From NCBI GenBank assembly GCA_026986785.1, contig JALSNW010000025.1, positions 27,014 through 91,013 on the forward strand: a DNA stretch of 64,000 bases, in the 5' to 3' direction. The notes beneath the pieces are model-generated. The model did no database searches and was not told the origin of the DNA. It saw only the letters and a program-made list of their open reading frames with translations. The translations under genes were made by a program, and so were the position numbers. Shown here one piece after another: positions 47,979 through 58,149 of the stretch. This DNA is from Deltaproteobacteria bacterium. GTDB lineage: Bacteria; Desulfobacterota; Dissulfuribacteria; Dissulfuribacterales; QOAL01. Positions within the stretch are counted from its first letter, which is position 1. Every line of letters starts with the position of its first letter.

Positions 47979-49613
47979 ATGGACAACTATTTCAAGACTG
48001 CTGCAATGAAGATCTATGAAAGTGCCAAGAATGAAGGGCGTCTTACCGAAGGGCTCACCTTGGACGGATACAAGGCCCTGGCCTTGGCCCAGGATGGGGT
48101 CGTCCAGACACACATGGGATCTGTAGCCTCGGATTCAGAGCCCATGTCTCGTTCAGCCCCTCATACCAGCAATAATATAGATTCTTCATTTGGGGAAGAG
48201 GAGGAGCGTTTGGCCATCCAGGCCGTGAAATACCTTGGGAAGCAAAGGGTTGTCTGTGTGGACACCATCGTGGGAGATGGAAGAGACGGCATCACTGCCA
48301 GATTCATAATGCCAGAGATATATGCCCAACTCGCCTATGGTCTCAAGTTGCTCTTCGATCAGCCTGCCCCAAGGGTTGTGGAAGAGCCGACCTATACCAT
48401 CATCTTCTTTACAGATCATGCCTTCCATCTGAATAAGCATAAGAAGCTGGTGGACAAGGATATAACCATAAGGCTCTGGATGGGCGAGAAAAGGGGAGAT
48501 CAGGTCAAGATCTGTAGGAATTCCATCTACCTTGGAGAAGGGAAGAAAGGGGTCTTCCAGTTTGAAGACTGGCGAGTGAAGTCCATAGATAAGACAGGCC
48601 TGTTCCTCCATGCAGGCGCCAGGAGGGACTGGCTCTGGATATATGATCTCGAGACGGAACGTCCAGAGTTGAAAGAGGTGGTCATGGGTGTGTCAGGTCT
48701 TACTGCCACGGGAAAGACCACCACGTTGTGCAGGAAGTTTGCCAAGCTTCCAAGGGAGCATTCTGAAATGATAGGTGATGACGGGGGAAGCCTTGCCTAT
48801 GATGGCAGTTATTCTGCCTTTGAATATGGCGGGCTCTATGTAAAGACCGAGGGGCTCGATGCCAGCCAGCCTGAAATCTTGAGGGCAGCCGAGTCCAGAG
48901 AGGCCTTCTTGGAAAATGTCGCAATCTCGAAGTATCCATATATCCCTGATTTTCTGGATACCTCCAAGACGGCAAACGGCAGGGCCGTGATAAGCAGGGA
49001 CAATCTCGAGATAGCAAGTCCATCTCTCAATGCCAATCGGCTGGATTATATCATAATCCTCACCAGGAATCCCCTGGTCAATGCCATCAACAAGCTGACA
49101 GCCGAACAGGCCACGATGCAGTTTATCTATGGAGAATCCATCGAAAGCTCTGGGGGGAATCCAGAAGAGGCAGGTAAGTTCAAGAGGGTCTTCTTTCTCG
49201 ATCCCTTCATGTGTGGAAACAAGCTGGAACACGCAATGATATTCTACGAAATCCTGAAAAAGAGCCAGATCAAGTGTTACCTGGCAAACACAGGGACGAT
49301 TGGGCAGGATGATACAAACGTGAGTCTTAGGCAGTCCTTGGCCATCTATAACGACCTGGCCAGGATACAGCTCAAATTCAGTTTCGATCCCGATTACTTG
49401 GGTTATCACTACCCCATAAAGTCAGACAGGGCCAACATGGATCTCATGAGGGCAGAGGGGCTCTTTACCGACAGGCAGGTGTTGGTGAAGAAGGCAAGGC
49501 ACTTCCTGAGGGGTAGAAGGCAGTATTTAGAGGAATTCGAGGAGCAAAATGGCCAGATCCCAGAACACATAAAGGAGTCTTTACCATATATGCCCGATCA
49601 GATAACGGAATAG
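47979..49613 (+). CDS. pckA: phosphoenolpyruvate carboxykinase (ATP)-like
   Basis: Kinase-1a-like GLTATGKTTT and IGDDGG motifs. Length is typical (544 aa). The sequence is divergent. Confidence 0.75.
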   Translation: MDNYFKTAAMKIYESAKNEGRLTEGLTLDGYKALALAQDGVVQTHMGSVASDSEPMSRSAPHTSNNIDSSFGEEEERLAIQAVKYLGKQRVVCVDTIVGDGRDGITARFIMPEIYAQLAYGLKLLFDQPAPRVVEEPTYTIIFFTDHAFHLNKHKKLVDKDITIRLWMGEKRGDQVKICRNSIYLGEGKKGVFQFEDWRVKSIDKTGLFLHAGARRDWLWIYDLETERPELKEVVMGVSGLTATGKTTTLCRKFAKLPREHSEMIGDDGGSLAYDGSYSAFEYGGLYVKTEGLDASQPEILRAAESREAFLENVAISKYPYIPDFLDTSKTANGRAVISRDNLEIASPSLNANRLDYIIILTRNPLVNAINKLTAEQATMQFIYGESIESSGGNPEEAGKFKRVFFLDPFMCGNKLEHAMIFYEILKKSQIKCYLANTGTIGQDDTNVSLRQSLAIYNDLARIQLKFSFDPDYLGYHYPIKSDRANMDLMRAEGLFTDRQVLVKKARHFLRGRRQYLEEFEEQNGQIPEHIKESLPYMPDQITE

Positions 49614-49809
49614 AAGGCGATCAAGTGCTTTTTGTATCAACTAAATGCGGAGTTCTGTGAATTGATGCATGGTGAGCATGTATCTGATCCCATTGAGTCT
49701 TCAGCCAAATGCCTCTGCCCTGTTTTGTTGTGGTACATTTGAAGTCCCAAGGTGCATCTAACGTGGTCTGTCTTACATCTTTGCAAGCTTGTTGGCTGTA
49801 TAATCCGGG

Positions 49810-50310
49810 TTAAAGGGGGCGTAGATCTTGGAGATCCAGTTTCCCTTTTTCTTCAAAGGGTAGGGCAAAAGCATGCCCGCTCTGGGACGAGCCTACAATG
49901 GTCCCTTTCATGACAAAGGAGATCTTCCTGGCATTGGGCATGGATGCCAGAAATCTCAGGGTACTGAACAGTGATCCAGAAAGACGAAGGGGAAGTTTGA
50001 CCTCTTCATGAGGCCCTACGGTCTGATCCACTTGGCTTTCGCCATTTACCATGTTTATTCCGTTCAGAGAAAGGGCATATTGCACATCAGTGATCTCCAA
50101 GGGCTCCAGATTGGGATTGTAGACCCTGACAGTGGCCCTGTAGTTGATATGGGAGAGAGATACATCCCTGACATCTAGGCCAAGGAGTTCCACCTGGGGC
50201 GAGACGAATTGCCTTTTCGGTGCACAGCCTCCGGCAATTAGTAAGAATATTATCAAGACAGGGATGATAGCCCCTGTGTAGAATGGATGGATTTTGGTTA
50301 AGGTATCCAA
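49810..50310 (-). CDS. LEA_2/NDR1-HIN1-like lipoprotein
   Basis: Signal peptide plus AGGC lipobox-like site. Beta-sandwich pattern VRVYNPNLEPLEITDVQYALSLNG. Confidence 0.6.
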   Translation of the reverse strand: MDTLTKIHPFYTGAIIPVLIIFLLIAGGCAPKRQFVSPQVELLGLDVRDVSLSHINYRATVRVYNPNLEPLEITDVQYALSLNGINMVNGESQVDQTVGPHEEVKLPLRLSGSLFSTLRFLASMPNARKISFVMKGTIVGSSQSGHAFALPFEEKGKLDLQDLRPL

Positions 50311-50369
50311 AAGGTCAGCCTTGTACCTCTCGCCAAGCCCTTTTTAGAGGTAGTAAAACACTGAAAATA

Positions 50370-50654
50370 TCAGGAAGCAGCAGTCTTTTTAAGCAGGGCA
50401 TTTACCTTTCTGGTTAGTCGAGACACCTTTCTGGATGCGGTTTTCCTATGCAGGGTGCCCCTTTTGTGTCCTATTTTTTCAATGTATTTCTGTGCCCTAT
50501 GAAGGCATTCTTTAGCTTTTTCATGTGCATTTTCAGCAATTGCCACCTCAACCGCCTTGGTTAGGTTCTTTATCCTGGTCTTTCTCATCTTGTTTCTGAG
50601 TCTGCGTTTCTGGTTTTGGCGTACCCTCTTTAAGGCCGATTTGTGATTTGCCAA
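50370..50654 (-). CDS. rpsT: 30S ribosomal protein S20
   Basis: MANHKSALKRVRQNQKRRLRNK... Confidence 0.95.
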   Translation of the reverse strand: MANHKSALKRVRQNQKRRLRNKMRKTRIKNLTKAVEVAIAENAHEKAKECLHRAQKYIEKIGHKRGTLHRKTASRKVSRLTRKVNALLKKTAAS

Positions 50655-50733
50655 TTTGTTCCTCCTGGCTGATTTTTCCTTTCTATGCCATCTTTTCTTT
50701 GCCTTCAGGCAGCGAGTTTATATAATAGCTCTC

Positions 50734-51825
50734 ATGATCGATGTCAACAAAGAGATACACGAGTTTGCCGCGAAATGGCTCTATTTTATTGATCCCCAGT
50801 ACGTAGACTTGATCCTTGCTGGACTTGGCTATCTGATTTTGGCAATGGTAGCCGATATAATAATAGATAAACTTTTCAAGAGGTTGGCAGAGCTTACCAA
50901 CATAAGTTGCGATGATAAGTTCATCCAGTTCGTCCATAGGCCCATAGTGCTGACAATAATTTTTCTGGGCGTTCTCCATGTCACTATTGCTGCAGGTGTA
51001 AAGCCTCCCTGGGATTTTATAGTTCCCCATATCATAAAGACCATGATTTTTCTCACATGGTGGTTTCCCTTCCTGAGATTGGTCGCTGGGACAGATCTGA
51101 AGGACGGATCTTTTTTGGCCAGAAAGACCAACATGGCCAGGGAGTTGTTGTATCTCTTTAGAAATCTTTTCAGGGTCGCAGTGCTGGCAGTAGGCGTAAT
51201 GGCCGTGCTTCTCATCTGGCAGGTGAATCTTACTCCCCTGTTTGCGTCTGCAGGGATAGTTGGCCTGGCGGTTGCGATTGCGGCAAAGGATACCCTGGCC
51301 AATCTTTTTGGCGGTATTAGTATATTCATGGATAGACCGTACAAGATAAATGACTATATCATCCTCGATAGCGGAGAAAGGGGTGAGGTCGTGGATATCG
51401 GTATTAGATCCACGAGGATAATGACCAGGGATGATGTGCTGATAACAATCCCAAACTCTGTCATGGCCAATGCCAAAATCATAAATGAAAGTGCTCCTCT
51501 TCCAAGATTTCGTATAAGGGTGCCGGTAGGTGTGGCCTATGGTTCAGACCTAAAATTCGTGGAGGATTTACTGGTCAAGATAGCATTGGACAATCCGGAT
51601 GTTACACCCCAACCTGAGCCACGTTCCAGGGTCCGGAGATTCGGTCCATCATCCATAGATTTTGAACTGCTGTGTTGGGTGAAAGATCCAAGATACAAGG
51701 GGAGGGTTGTCCATGACCTTCTCCAGGCAATCTACGTGGCCTTTGAGGAAAATGGGATAACAATTCCCTATCCTCAGCGTGATATACATATCGTGGGGCA
51801 GGCTCCAGGGCAGGAGCCTTCATAA
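50734..51825 (+). CDS. mechanosensitive ion channel, MscS family
   Basis: TLANLFGGISIFMDRPYKINDYI pore-helix/beta-domain junction. ATG 50734 is preferred over the TTG at 50656, which abuts the rpsT start. Confidence 0.85.
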   Translation: MIDVNKEIHEFAAKWLYFIDPQYVDLILAGLGYLILAMVADIIIDKLFKRLAELTNISCDDKFIQFVHRPIVLTIIFLGVLHVTIAAGVKPPWDFIVPHIIKTMIFLTWWFPFLRLVAGTDLKDGSFLARKTNMARELLYLFRNLFRVAVLAVGVMAVLLIWQVNLTPLFASAGIVGLAVAIAAKDTLANLFGGISIFMDRPYKINDYIILDSGERGEVVDIGIRSTRIMTRDDVLITIPNSVMANAKIINESAPLPRFRIRVPVGVAYGSDLKFVEDLLVKIALDNPDVTPQPEPRSRVRRFGPSSIDFELLCWVKDPRYKGRVVHDLLQAIYVAFEENGITIPYPQRDIHIVGQAPGQEPS

Positions 51826-51833
51826 GAGGGTGA

Positions 51834-53177
51834 TCAGTTTGTATGCCTGGGTCTTTGGCAATTATCTTCTTTGGCCTTTTTGCCGATGTAATCTTCCGTA
51901 TACGGCCTTTCCCCAGTGCCATTTAGTCCAAAGATCCTACATACCATGGCCAGGGCCTCGTCTCTCTGTTTTTCTGAAGAGCCTTTCTTGATGAATATAA
52001 TCGGATCATGGAGGATCTTGTTTACCAGGGACATTGACAATTTTTCTATGGCCTTTTTCTCCTTGTCATTCAGGCCTTTGAGGTTTTTTAGGGTCTTTCT
52101 TAGCTCCTTCTGCCGGACTGATTCGGCCTTTTCTTGTAATTTTTTGATGATTGGGATGATATCCAGGGATTTCATCCACGATTTGAATTTTATGACCTCG
52201 GCCTCGACGATGCGTTCTGCCCTTATGGCCTCTTTTTTACGCTCAGCCTTGTTTTCTTCCACTACTTCTTTGAGTTCATCTATGTCAAAGAGGTAGACAT
52301 TGTCTATCTCGTTGATATCCGGATCGATATCCCTTGGAACGGCTATATCTATGAAGAAAAGCAATCGGTGGCGCCTGGGGCGCATGATACGTTTTACCTG
52401 TTCCTTCTTTATGACCAATCCAGGTGCCCCAGTCGAACTGATCACTATGTCCACGTCCACGAGCATATCTTCCAGTTCTTCGAGGGAGACAGCCTTGCCA
52501 CCCAGGGCCTTGGAGAGTTCGATTGCACGCTCCAATGTCCTGTTGGCAACTATCAGGTCGTCGATCCCATTTGTTTTGAGATGTTGGGCAGCGAGCTCAG
52601 CCATCTCCCCAGCACCAACGAGCAGGGCACTCTTACCCTTCAGGTCTCCAAATATCTTTTTGGCGAGTTCCACTGCCGCATAGCTGATGGATACGGCCTG
52701 GCTGGCTATCCTGGTCTCGGTCCTGATTCGTTTGGCAGTGGAGAATGCCTTGTGCATGAGTTTATTGAGGAGGTGCCCTGAACAATTGGCTTCCGAGGCA
52801 TCCCTGTATGCGTCTTTCAATTGTCCCAGGATTTGTGGCTCTCCAACTACCATTGAGTCGAGGCTGGAGGCTACTCTAAAGACGTGTCTGACAGCGTCGA
52901 CTCCAGAATATTCATATGTGCTTCGACTAAACACCTCAGGACTGACCCCGGAAGATTTTTGCCAAGTCTCTACCAATTGTCTCCTGGCTGCTTCGATGTC
53001 ATTGGTGCCTGCAATGATCTCTACGCGATTGCACGTGGATAGGAATACAATCTCCAGACAGGCAGGCAGATCGTGGAAGAGCCTGAGGGCAGAGGGCTCT
53101 GATTCCCTGAGGGCAAGTCGTTCCCTTACTTCCACAGGGGCCGTTTTGTGGTTAACCCCCAGGAGCAGAATGTCCAT
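51834..53177 (-). CDS. hemA: glutamyl-tRNA reductase HemA
   Basis: MDILLLGVNHKTAPVEVRERLA matches the canonical N-terminus. SLVGAGEMAEL is the NADPH site. The track ORF extends to 53210. Confidence 0.9.
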   Translation of the reverse strand: MDILLLGVNHKTAPVEVRERLALRESEPSALRLFHDLPACLEIVFLSTCNRVEIIAGTNDIEAARRQLVETWQKSSGVSPEVFSRSTYEYSGVDAVRHVFRVASSLDSMVVGEPQILGQLKDAYRDASEANCSGHLLNKLMHKAFSTAKRIRTETRIASQAVSISYAAVELAKKIFGDLKGKSALLVGAGEMAELAAQHLKTNGIDDLIVANRTLERAIELSKALGGKAVSLEELEDMLVDVDIVISSTGAPGLVIKKEQVKRIMRPRRHRLLFFIDIAVPRDIDPDINEIDNVYLFDIDELKEVVEENKAERKKEAIRAERIVEAEVIKFKSWMKSLDIIPIIKKLQEKAESVRQKELRKTLKNLKGLNDKEKKAIEKLSMSLVNKILHDPIIFIKKGSSEKQRDEALAMVCRIFGLNGTGERPYTEDYIGKKAKEDNCQRPRHTN

Positions 53178-53187
53178 TTTATTCAGA

Positions 53188-54015
53188 TCAGAGGGCATAG
53201 GAATGGGCACCTGGAAGGAGATACGTTACACCAATAAACGTGAACAACAGGGTCAAGTATCCAATTATTGTCATATATGCGCTTTTCCTGCCGCGCCATC
53301 CCACGGTGAGACGTTGATGCAAGAGTGCCGCATAGAGAAACCATGTTATGAGTGACCAGGTTTCTTTTGGATCCCAGCTCCAATATGAACCCCATGCGGT
53401 TTCTGCCCATATGGAGCCAGTGATTATCCCCAGTGTAAGCAGTGGAAATCCAATCTTTAGGCATCTTTCCGACATGGTATCCAGTGTCTCCAGAGAAGGC
53501 AACCGGCGGACGATCGCCCCCAGTCTCTTTTTCTTTATTTGGTGTTCCTGTACCAGATACATGATGGCGATGCAAAAGGCCAGGGTCAACAGGGCATATG
53601 AGACGAGGCATATTGTCGCGTGGACAGGCAGCCAATAACTCTTTAGAGCCGGGGGAAGAGGAATAACCTGTCGAGGATGCATCAGGCCCAGGGCCATCAT
53701 TATGGTTATTACAGGGCTGACAAAGGCACTTAGTGCCTTTACATTGTGACCTGCCTGAAATAACAGATAGGCAAGGGTGATTGCCCATGCCAGGAATGAA
53801 AATGTATCATGAAAGCTCACCAGTGGCGCATGGCCCTCCGAGATCCATCTCAGCACAATCCCTAAGGAGTGTAGGCAGAAACCAGAGGCAAGGATGTATG
53901 TGGCTATTTTTTCAACCCCTTTTCTGAGGCTGACAAGATGCATCACGAAGCCTGCCGTGGCTATCAGGTACAAGAAAAAGGTTAGTTGAAAAAAGAGTTC
54001 ATCCATTTTGTGCAA
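53188..54015 (-). CDS. cytochrome c assembly protein, CcsA/HemX-like
   Basis: Polytopic protein with the tryptophan-rich WAETAWGSYWSWDPKETWSLITW motif. Located upstream of hemA. Confidence 0.8.
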   Translation of the reverse strand: MHKMDELFFQLTFFLYLIATAGFVMHLVSLRKGVEKIATYILASGFCLHSLGIVLRWISEGHAPLVSFHDTFSFLAWAITLAYLLFQAGHNVKALSAFVSPVITIMMALGLMHPRQVIPLPPALKSYWLPVHATICLVSYALLTLAFCIAIMYLVQEHQIKKKRLGAIVRRLPSLETLDTMSERCLKIGFPLLTLGIITGSIWAETAWGSYWSWDPKETWSLITWFLYAALLHQRLTVGWRGRKSAYMTIIGYLTLLFTFIGVTYLLPGAHSYAL

Positions 54016-54685
54016 ATTCCTGGACGATTGGTCTTGCCTGTTCCCCGCATATGTCTGAGGCCCATTTTTCCACTCGTTGCCAGTCGTCCTGTTTGATCCA
54101 TCGGGTCACTGCAAGATCTGCAAGCCTCGAGCACTTATCAACAACAGCCTGGCCCTTGTAGTTTTTCAGTATCAGGCTCCTAAGCCTGCCAAGCAGGGAG
54201 ACGAATACCCCCCACTCTGGCCCAAAGTCTTTCTCAAGCTCCTTGCGAAGGGCCTTTGCAAGGGCTGGGCTCTTCCCACCTGTTGATATGGCAAGGCACA
54301 ATTCATCCCTCCTGATTGTGGATGGGACTATGAAGCTGCATACCCTTGGCTCGTCAACAACATTACAAAAGATGTGCCTGTCTTGTGCCTCCTTGTAAAC
54401 GGCATCCTGGACGGTTTTGTCGTCTGTTGCAGCAATGACGAGCCATGCCCCTTCGAGGTCCCCGGCCTGGAAGGTCCTTGCGACATGGCTGATATCACCC
54501 CTTTGGGCAAGCTCGGCCAGAGAAGATGTGAGCCTGGGGCTTATAATGGTGATCAATGCCCCGGCCTTCAAGAGGGCCTTTGTCTTTCTTTCAGCTACTC
54601 CTCCTCCACCAATCACCACTACATGTTTGGAATGGAGATCACAGAAGATGGGGATATATCCGTATCTTTCACTGCCATTTTTCAT
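53999..54685 (-). CDS. precorrin-2 dehydrogenase / sirohydrochlorin ferrochelatase (SirC/CysG N-terminal type)
   Basis: VVVIGGGGVAERKTKALLKAGALITIISP Rossmann motif. Start taken at the internal ATG (track ORF starts at 54733). Confidence 0.8.
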   Translation of the reverse strand: MKNGSERYGYIPIFCDLHSKHVVVIGGGGVAERKTKALLKAGALITIISPRLTSSLAELAQRGDISHVARTFQAGDLEGAWLVIAATDDKTVQDAVYKEAQDRHIFCNVVDEPRVCSFIVPSTIRRDELCLAISTGGKSPALAKALRKELEKDFGPEWGVFVSLLGRLRSLILKNYKGQAVVDKCSRLADLAVTRWIKQDDWQRVEKWASDICGEQARPIVQEFAQNG

Positions 54686-54752
54686 ATGCCCATGATAGCA
54701 GCCCTTATATTTGCAAGCAACACAAGTCGCCAATCAGGGACGTCCATATATC

Positions 54753-55427
54753 TCAATCAGGTTTTTTTTGTAGCTCTTTTTGTCTTCGCAGGGCCCTGAG
54801 AAATGGATTGACAGATGGATTGTTACGTTGGTTTGGGGGATATATCCTGGGCCTCAGTTTTGAATTCCTGGCCCTTTCAATGGCCTCTTTGAGCCTTTTT
54901 TGATCGACAGGTTTTATGACAGGCCTCTTGGAAACAGGTCTGGGGGTGGCAATACCCACCGGCCTGTCGATTTGTCTTTCTTTTTTGGGAGACCCGAATA
55001 CCCTTAGAAGTACTTGTTTCTTGCCAGAAGCAAGGACAATGCCTCTGCCCGTTATGTCTTTGACAGTCCAGCCATCTATCAGATCTCCAACAGTGATTTT
55101 TCTGAGTTCTGTTTCCTTGTCCCTTCGTCTATCGGATTTTAGAGGTTTTATGTATGCGGATTTGTTTTCCCCTGCCAGGATTACCCCGTAAACACTGTAT
55201 TTTTTTTCCAGCTCATTGGCCTCTGATGATATACCCCCTCCAGCCATGGGGTTTTGGTCTTGTCCCCGCTTTGGATCAAATGGGTTTCGTTCTATGATGG
55301 CCTTGTATTGGGGAGAGACTGCATATGCTGTAAAACAGAATGGTCCCATCAATGACAGCAACGAAGATGCCCATAGCAGTAGCTGAAACCAGAAATTTCG
55401 AGATTCAATAAAGGTCGTCATCGTCAT
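54753..55427 (-). CDS. GspC/PilP-like T2SS inner-membrane component with basic C-terminal tail
   Basis: Single N-terminal TM and an HR-like beta domain (YSVYGVILAG...ITVGDLIDGWTVKDITGRGIVL). The start is uncertain. Confidence 0.5.
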   Translation of the reverse strand: MTMTTFIESRNFWFQLLLWASSLLSLMGPFCFTAYAVSPQYKAIIERNPFDPKRGQDQNPMAGGGISSEANELEKKYSVYGVILAGENKSAYIKPLKSDRRRDKETELRKITVGDLIDGWTVKDITGRGIVLASGKKQVLLRVFGSPKKERQIDRPVGIATPRPVSKRPVIKPVDQKRLKEAIERARNSKLRPRIYPPNQRNNPSVNPFLRALRRQKELQKKPD

Positions 55428-57513
55428 CGTCGGGCTGGAGGTTTTGTGTATCTCTCTGGGGATGTTCATCCACAGGTATCCTGTCCTTTAGCTCCTCATG
55501 TTTGAGATATTTCTTTTTCTTCAGTATGTTGCTCTCCTCGAGCATGCTCCTTAGAGAGTGCACCTTCAGGGCGAATTCCTTGGTGAGCCTATCAGCTTCT
55601 CCCCGGGATTTGATGACGTGCGGTGTCAGGATAAAGATGAGCTCTTTTTTCTCGGTCTGGGTCCCTTTTGATCCAAAGAGATAGCCCAGGACCGGGATGT
55701 CTTTCAAGAGGGGAATGCCTTTTGTGGTCTGGGTGACCATTGTACTCATGAGGCCACCCATGAGTATGTGTTGTCCGTCTCTCGCAATTACATAGGTCGT
55801 AGCCTTCCTGTTGGTGATACGAGGAGAAGTGATCCCTGCCGTCTGTTGGTCATTTACCTTGCTGACCTCTTGGGTGACCTCCATCCTCACCAAGCCATTG
55901 TCGTTTATGGATGGTTTCACCTGGAGTATGATACCGGTCTTCCTGTATGATACCCCCTGGGTCTTCACGCCACCCGAGGAAATAGTGGACTCGGAAAGAA
56001 TGGGTACGTCTTCGCCTATCTCGATCCTGGCCTCCTGGTTGTCGGCAGCCAGGATATTGGGTGTGGATAGTATGTCCACGTCCGTGCTCGTGTCCAAGAG
56101 GTTGATAAGGGCCCTCAGGCTACCTTCGCCATCGTAAAGTGCATATGTGAAACCTGGTAGATTGTTTCCAAGCCCTATGTCTTGGGAAACGGCATGTCCT
56201 GCATCCAGCATCATGTTGGCATTGTAAGGGCTGCCGTTTATGTTTATCCCCTTGTTTTTTATGAACCATTCTACTCCATATTTTACATCGTTGTTTAACG
56301 TTACCTCGGCAACGAGTACCTCTATGAGCACTTGGCGGGGAAGGATATCGAGTTTATTTAGAAGGCCCTTTATTATCGCATAGTCTTTGGGTCTTGCTTT
56401 GAATATCAAGGAATTGTTCGTCTCATCGGCTATTATCTTTACCTCTCCGGTAAGTTCTCCCGATGCGGCAACAGTAGTCTCCTTTTTGGTCTTCTTCTCC
56501 CTCCTGACGAGGACCTTTTTCTTGGACTTGGATGAGGTGCCTTCTCCATAGAGCTGGTTTAATATGTCTGCCAAATCCTTTGCCTTGCCGTTTTGAACGA
56601 AATAGACATAGACCTTGCTCCCTTTGTCCTGTTGGGCCTGATCGAGTTCCTTGATCCATAGGGCAACCTGATCAAGGACCTTTTCCCAGCGGGTGACCAC
56701 CAGTATACCATTGAGTGTCTCGAGGGTGATGATCTGAAGGCCATTTTGATCAATACCTGGCCTCTTGTATAGCACACTTGCCTTGAATATGTTCTGGAGA
56801 TCCTTTGCCAGGTCTTCAACGTCCGTGTTTTCAAGGGTGAAGAGTCTCCAGTGTAGGTTCTTGAAGATACTCTCGTCGAGGATGCCAAGGATCTTGGCCA
56901 CCTTGGTGACATTCTCAGCAGTATCCGAGAGTATTATGCTGTTGGAGCTTATGACAGGGATGACCACAGCACCTGGCGATACCAGGTTTCTCATGTTGGA
57001 GACGGCCTGAGCAGCCGAAAGATATTGGAGCTGTATGACCTTTATGACATCTCCAGACCTCTTGGCATGATTCGTAGAGATTATTATGCCCATTTTGGGG
57101 CTATTGGCCTTCCTGACCACCTTATAGAGCCCATGGCCTCCTGCAGTAATGGCAAGGCCCTGCATCTGGAGTACTGAATTCACGATGTCGAGGAGTTCGG
57201 ATTTGGTATAGTTACCCCTGATGTGTACTGATATCGTGCCCTTTATACTGGGTTCTACGACAAAGTTGAGTCCAAGGGTGTTGCCAAGTACCTGTTCCAG
57301 GACTGGATAGATATCCATGTTGTCCAGGGATATGTCGATCTTTCTTTTCTCATTGGGGCCTGCCCCTTCATAGGGAGAGACGAAAGGGGCAGAGTCTATC
57401 TTGTGTCTTGGCGCTGGTTGGTCTTGGGTGCCTGCATATGCAACCAGGGAAGAAATGCCGAAAACATGAAGTATCACCAAAAATGCCAGAAATTTGGTAT
57501 CAGTCTTTATCAT
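55405..57513 (-). CDS. gspD: type II secretion system secretin GspD
   Basis: 702 aa. N-domains are followed by the secretin core (VPILSES...IPLLKDIPVLGYLFG). The C-terminus is DDDDDDLY. Confidence 0.9.
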   Translation of the reverse strand: MIKTDTKFLAFLVILHVFGISSLVAYAGTQDQPAPRHKIDSAPFVSPYEGAGPNEKRKIDISLDNMDIYPVLEQVLGNTLGLNFVVEPSIKGTISVHIRGNYTKSELLDIVNSVLQMQGLAITAGGHGLYKVVRKANSPKMGIIISTNHAKRSGDVIKVIQLQYLSAAQAVSNMRNLVSPGAVVIPVISSNSIILSDTAENVTKVAKILGILDESIFKNLHWRLFTLENTDVEDLAKDLQNIFKASVLYKRPGIDQNGLQIITLETLNGILVVTRWEKVLDQVALWIKELDQAQQDKGSKVYVYFVQNGKAKDLADILNQLYGEGTSSKSKKKVLVRREKKTKKETTVAASGELTGEVKIIADETNNSLIFKARPKDYAIIKGLLNKLDILPRQVLIEVLVAEVTLNNDVKYGVEWFIKNKGININGSPYNANMMLDAGHAVSQDIGLGNNLPGFTYALYDGEGSLRALINLLDTSTDVDILSTPNILAADNQEARIEIGEDVPILSESTISSGGVKTQGVSYRKTGIILQVKPSINDNGLVRMEVTQEVSKVNDQQTAGITSPRITNRKATTYVIARDGQHILMGGLMSTMVTQTTKGIPLLKDIPVLGYLFGSKGTQTEKKELIFILTPHVIKSRGEADRLTKEFALKVHSLRSMLEESNILKKKKYLKHEELKDRIPVDEHPQRDTQNLQPDDDDDDLY

Positions 57514-57515
57514 AG

Positions 57516-58085
57516 CTACGCCTTTTTCCCTATGAATAGGGCTTCAACTTCTAAGTTGACTCGAAGCTGTGATGCCTTGCCCCTGAGATTTGAAATATTT
57601 AGGTTGTTGAGTCTTAGAAGTTGTTTGCCCAGTTCGATCTTTTCCAGAAGTTCAACAAATTGCTTTGTGGTCCCCCTTATGTTGAAGACCGAGACGGCCA
57701 ATTGATACTCTCTCCATCTCCTCTTGGGGCCGCTTCTGTAAACCAGTACGTCCATGCCTGCATCCGATGCCTTTTTCAAGAAGGAATTTTGGATATTTGT
57801 AGAGACTTGCTGGGGGTTGTCCCCTGGGACGAGCCTCTTTTTCATCTGTTCCAGTCTTTTCTTTTCTGCTACAAGCCGTTTTTCTATACCTTTTAGTCTG
57901 CTGATCCTTTTTTTCAGATGGGCTATCTTTAGCTCCTGGGTCGCCAATGTACTTTGTTTTTCCTCCAGTTTGGCATTGATGGGGTCCCACATAAAGCTAT
58001 ACCAAAGTATTATTGCAATCATGACAGCCCCATATTTGACAAGAGCTGGCCTGTTTTTTTGGGTTAAAATCGTATCCTTGTTCAT
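57516..58085 (-). CDS. GspM/PilO-like T2SS protein
   Basis: Short cytoplasmic N-terminus, one TM, a coiled coil, then a C-terminal alpha/beta domain. Start set at MNKD; the track ORF extends to 58268 and overlaps gspL. Confidence 0.5.
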   Translation of the reverse strand: MNKDTILTQKNRPALVKYGAVMIAIILWYSFMWDPINAKLEEKQSTLATQELKIAHLKKRISRLKGIEKRLVAEKKRLEQMKKRLVPGDNPQQVSTNIQNSFLKKASDAGMDVLVYRSGPKRRWREYQLAVSVFNIRGTTKQFVELLEKIELGKQLLRLNNLNISNLRGKASQLRVNLEVEALFIGKKA

Positions 58086-58149
58086 GGAGCAAGCCTTTTT
58101 GTCTCCAGATCCCATGTTGACTGTATGCAAAAACATACGGCTATCTGGT

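Noticed and set aside
48693-49409. 238-aa ORF antisense to pckA
   Set aside because: It is a shadow ORF. The pckA frame carries the kinase motifs.
53183-53788. 201-aa same-strand alternative-frame ORF inside the ccsA-like gene
   Set aside because: The other frame gives a coherent polytopic protein with the WWD-type motif. This frame is Pro/Gly/His-rich noise.
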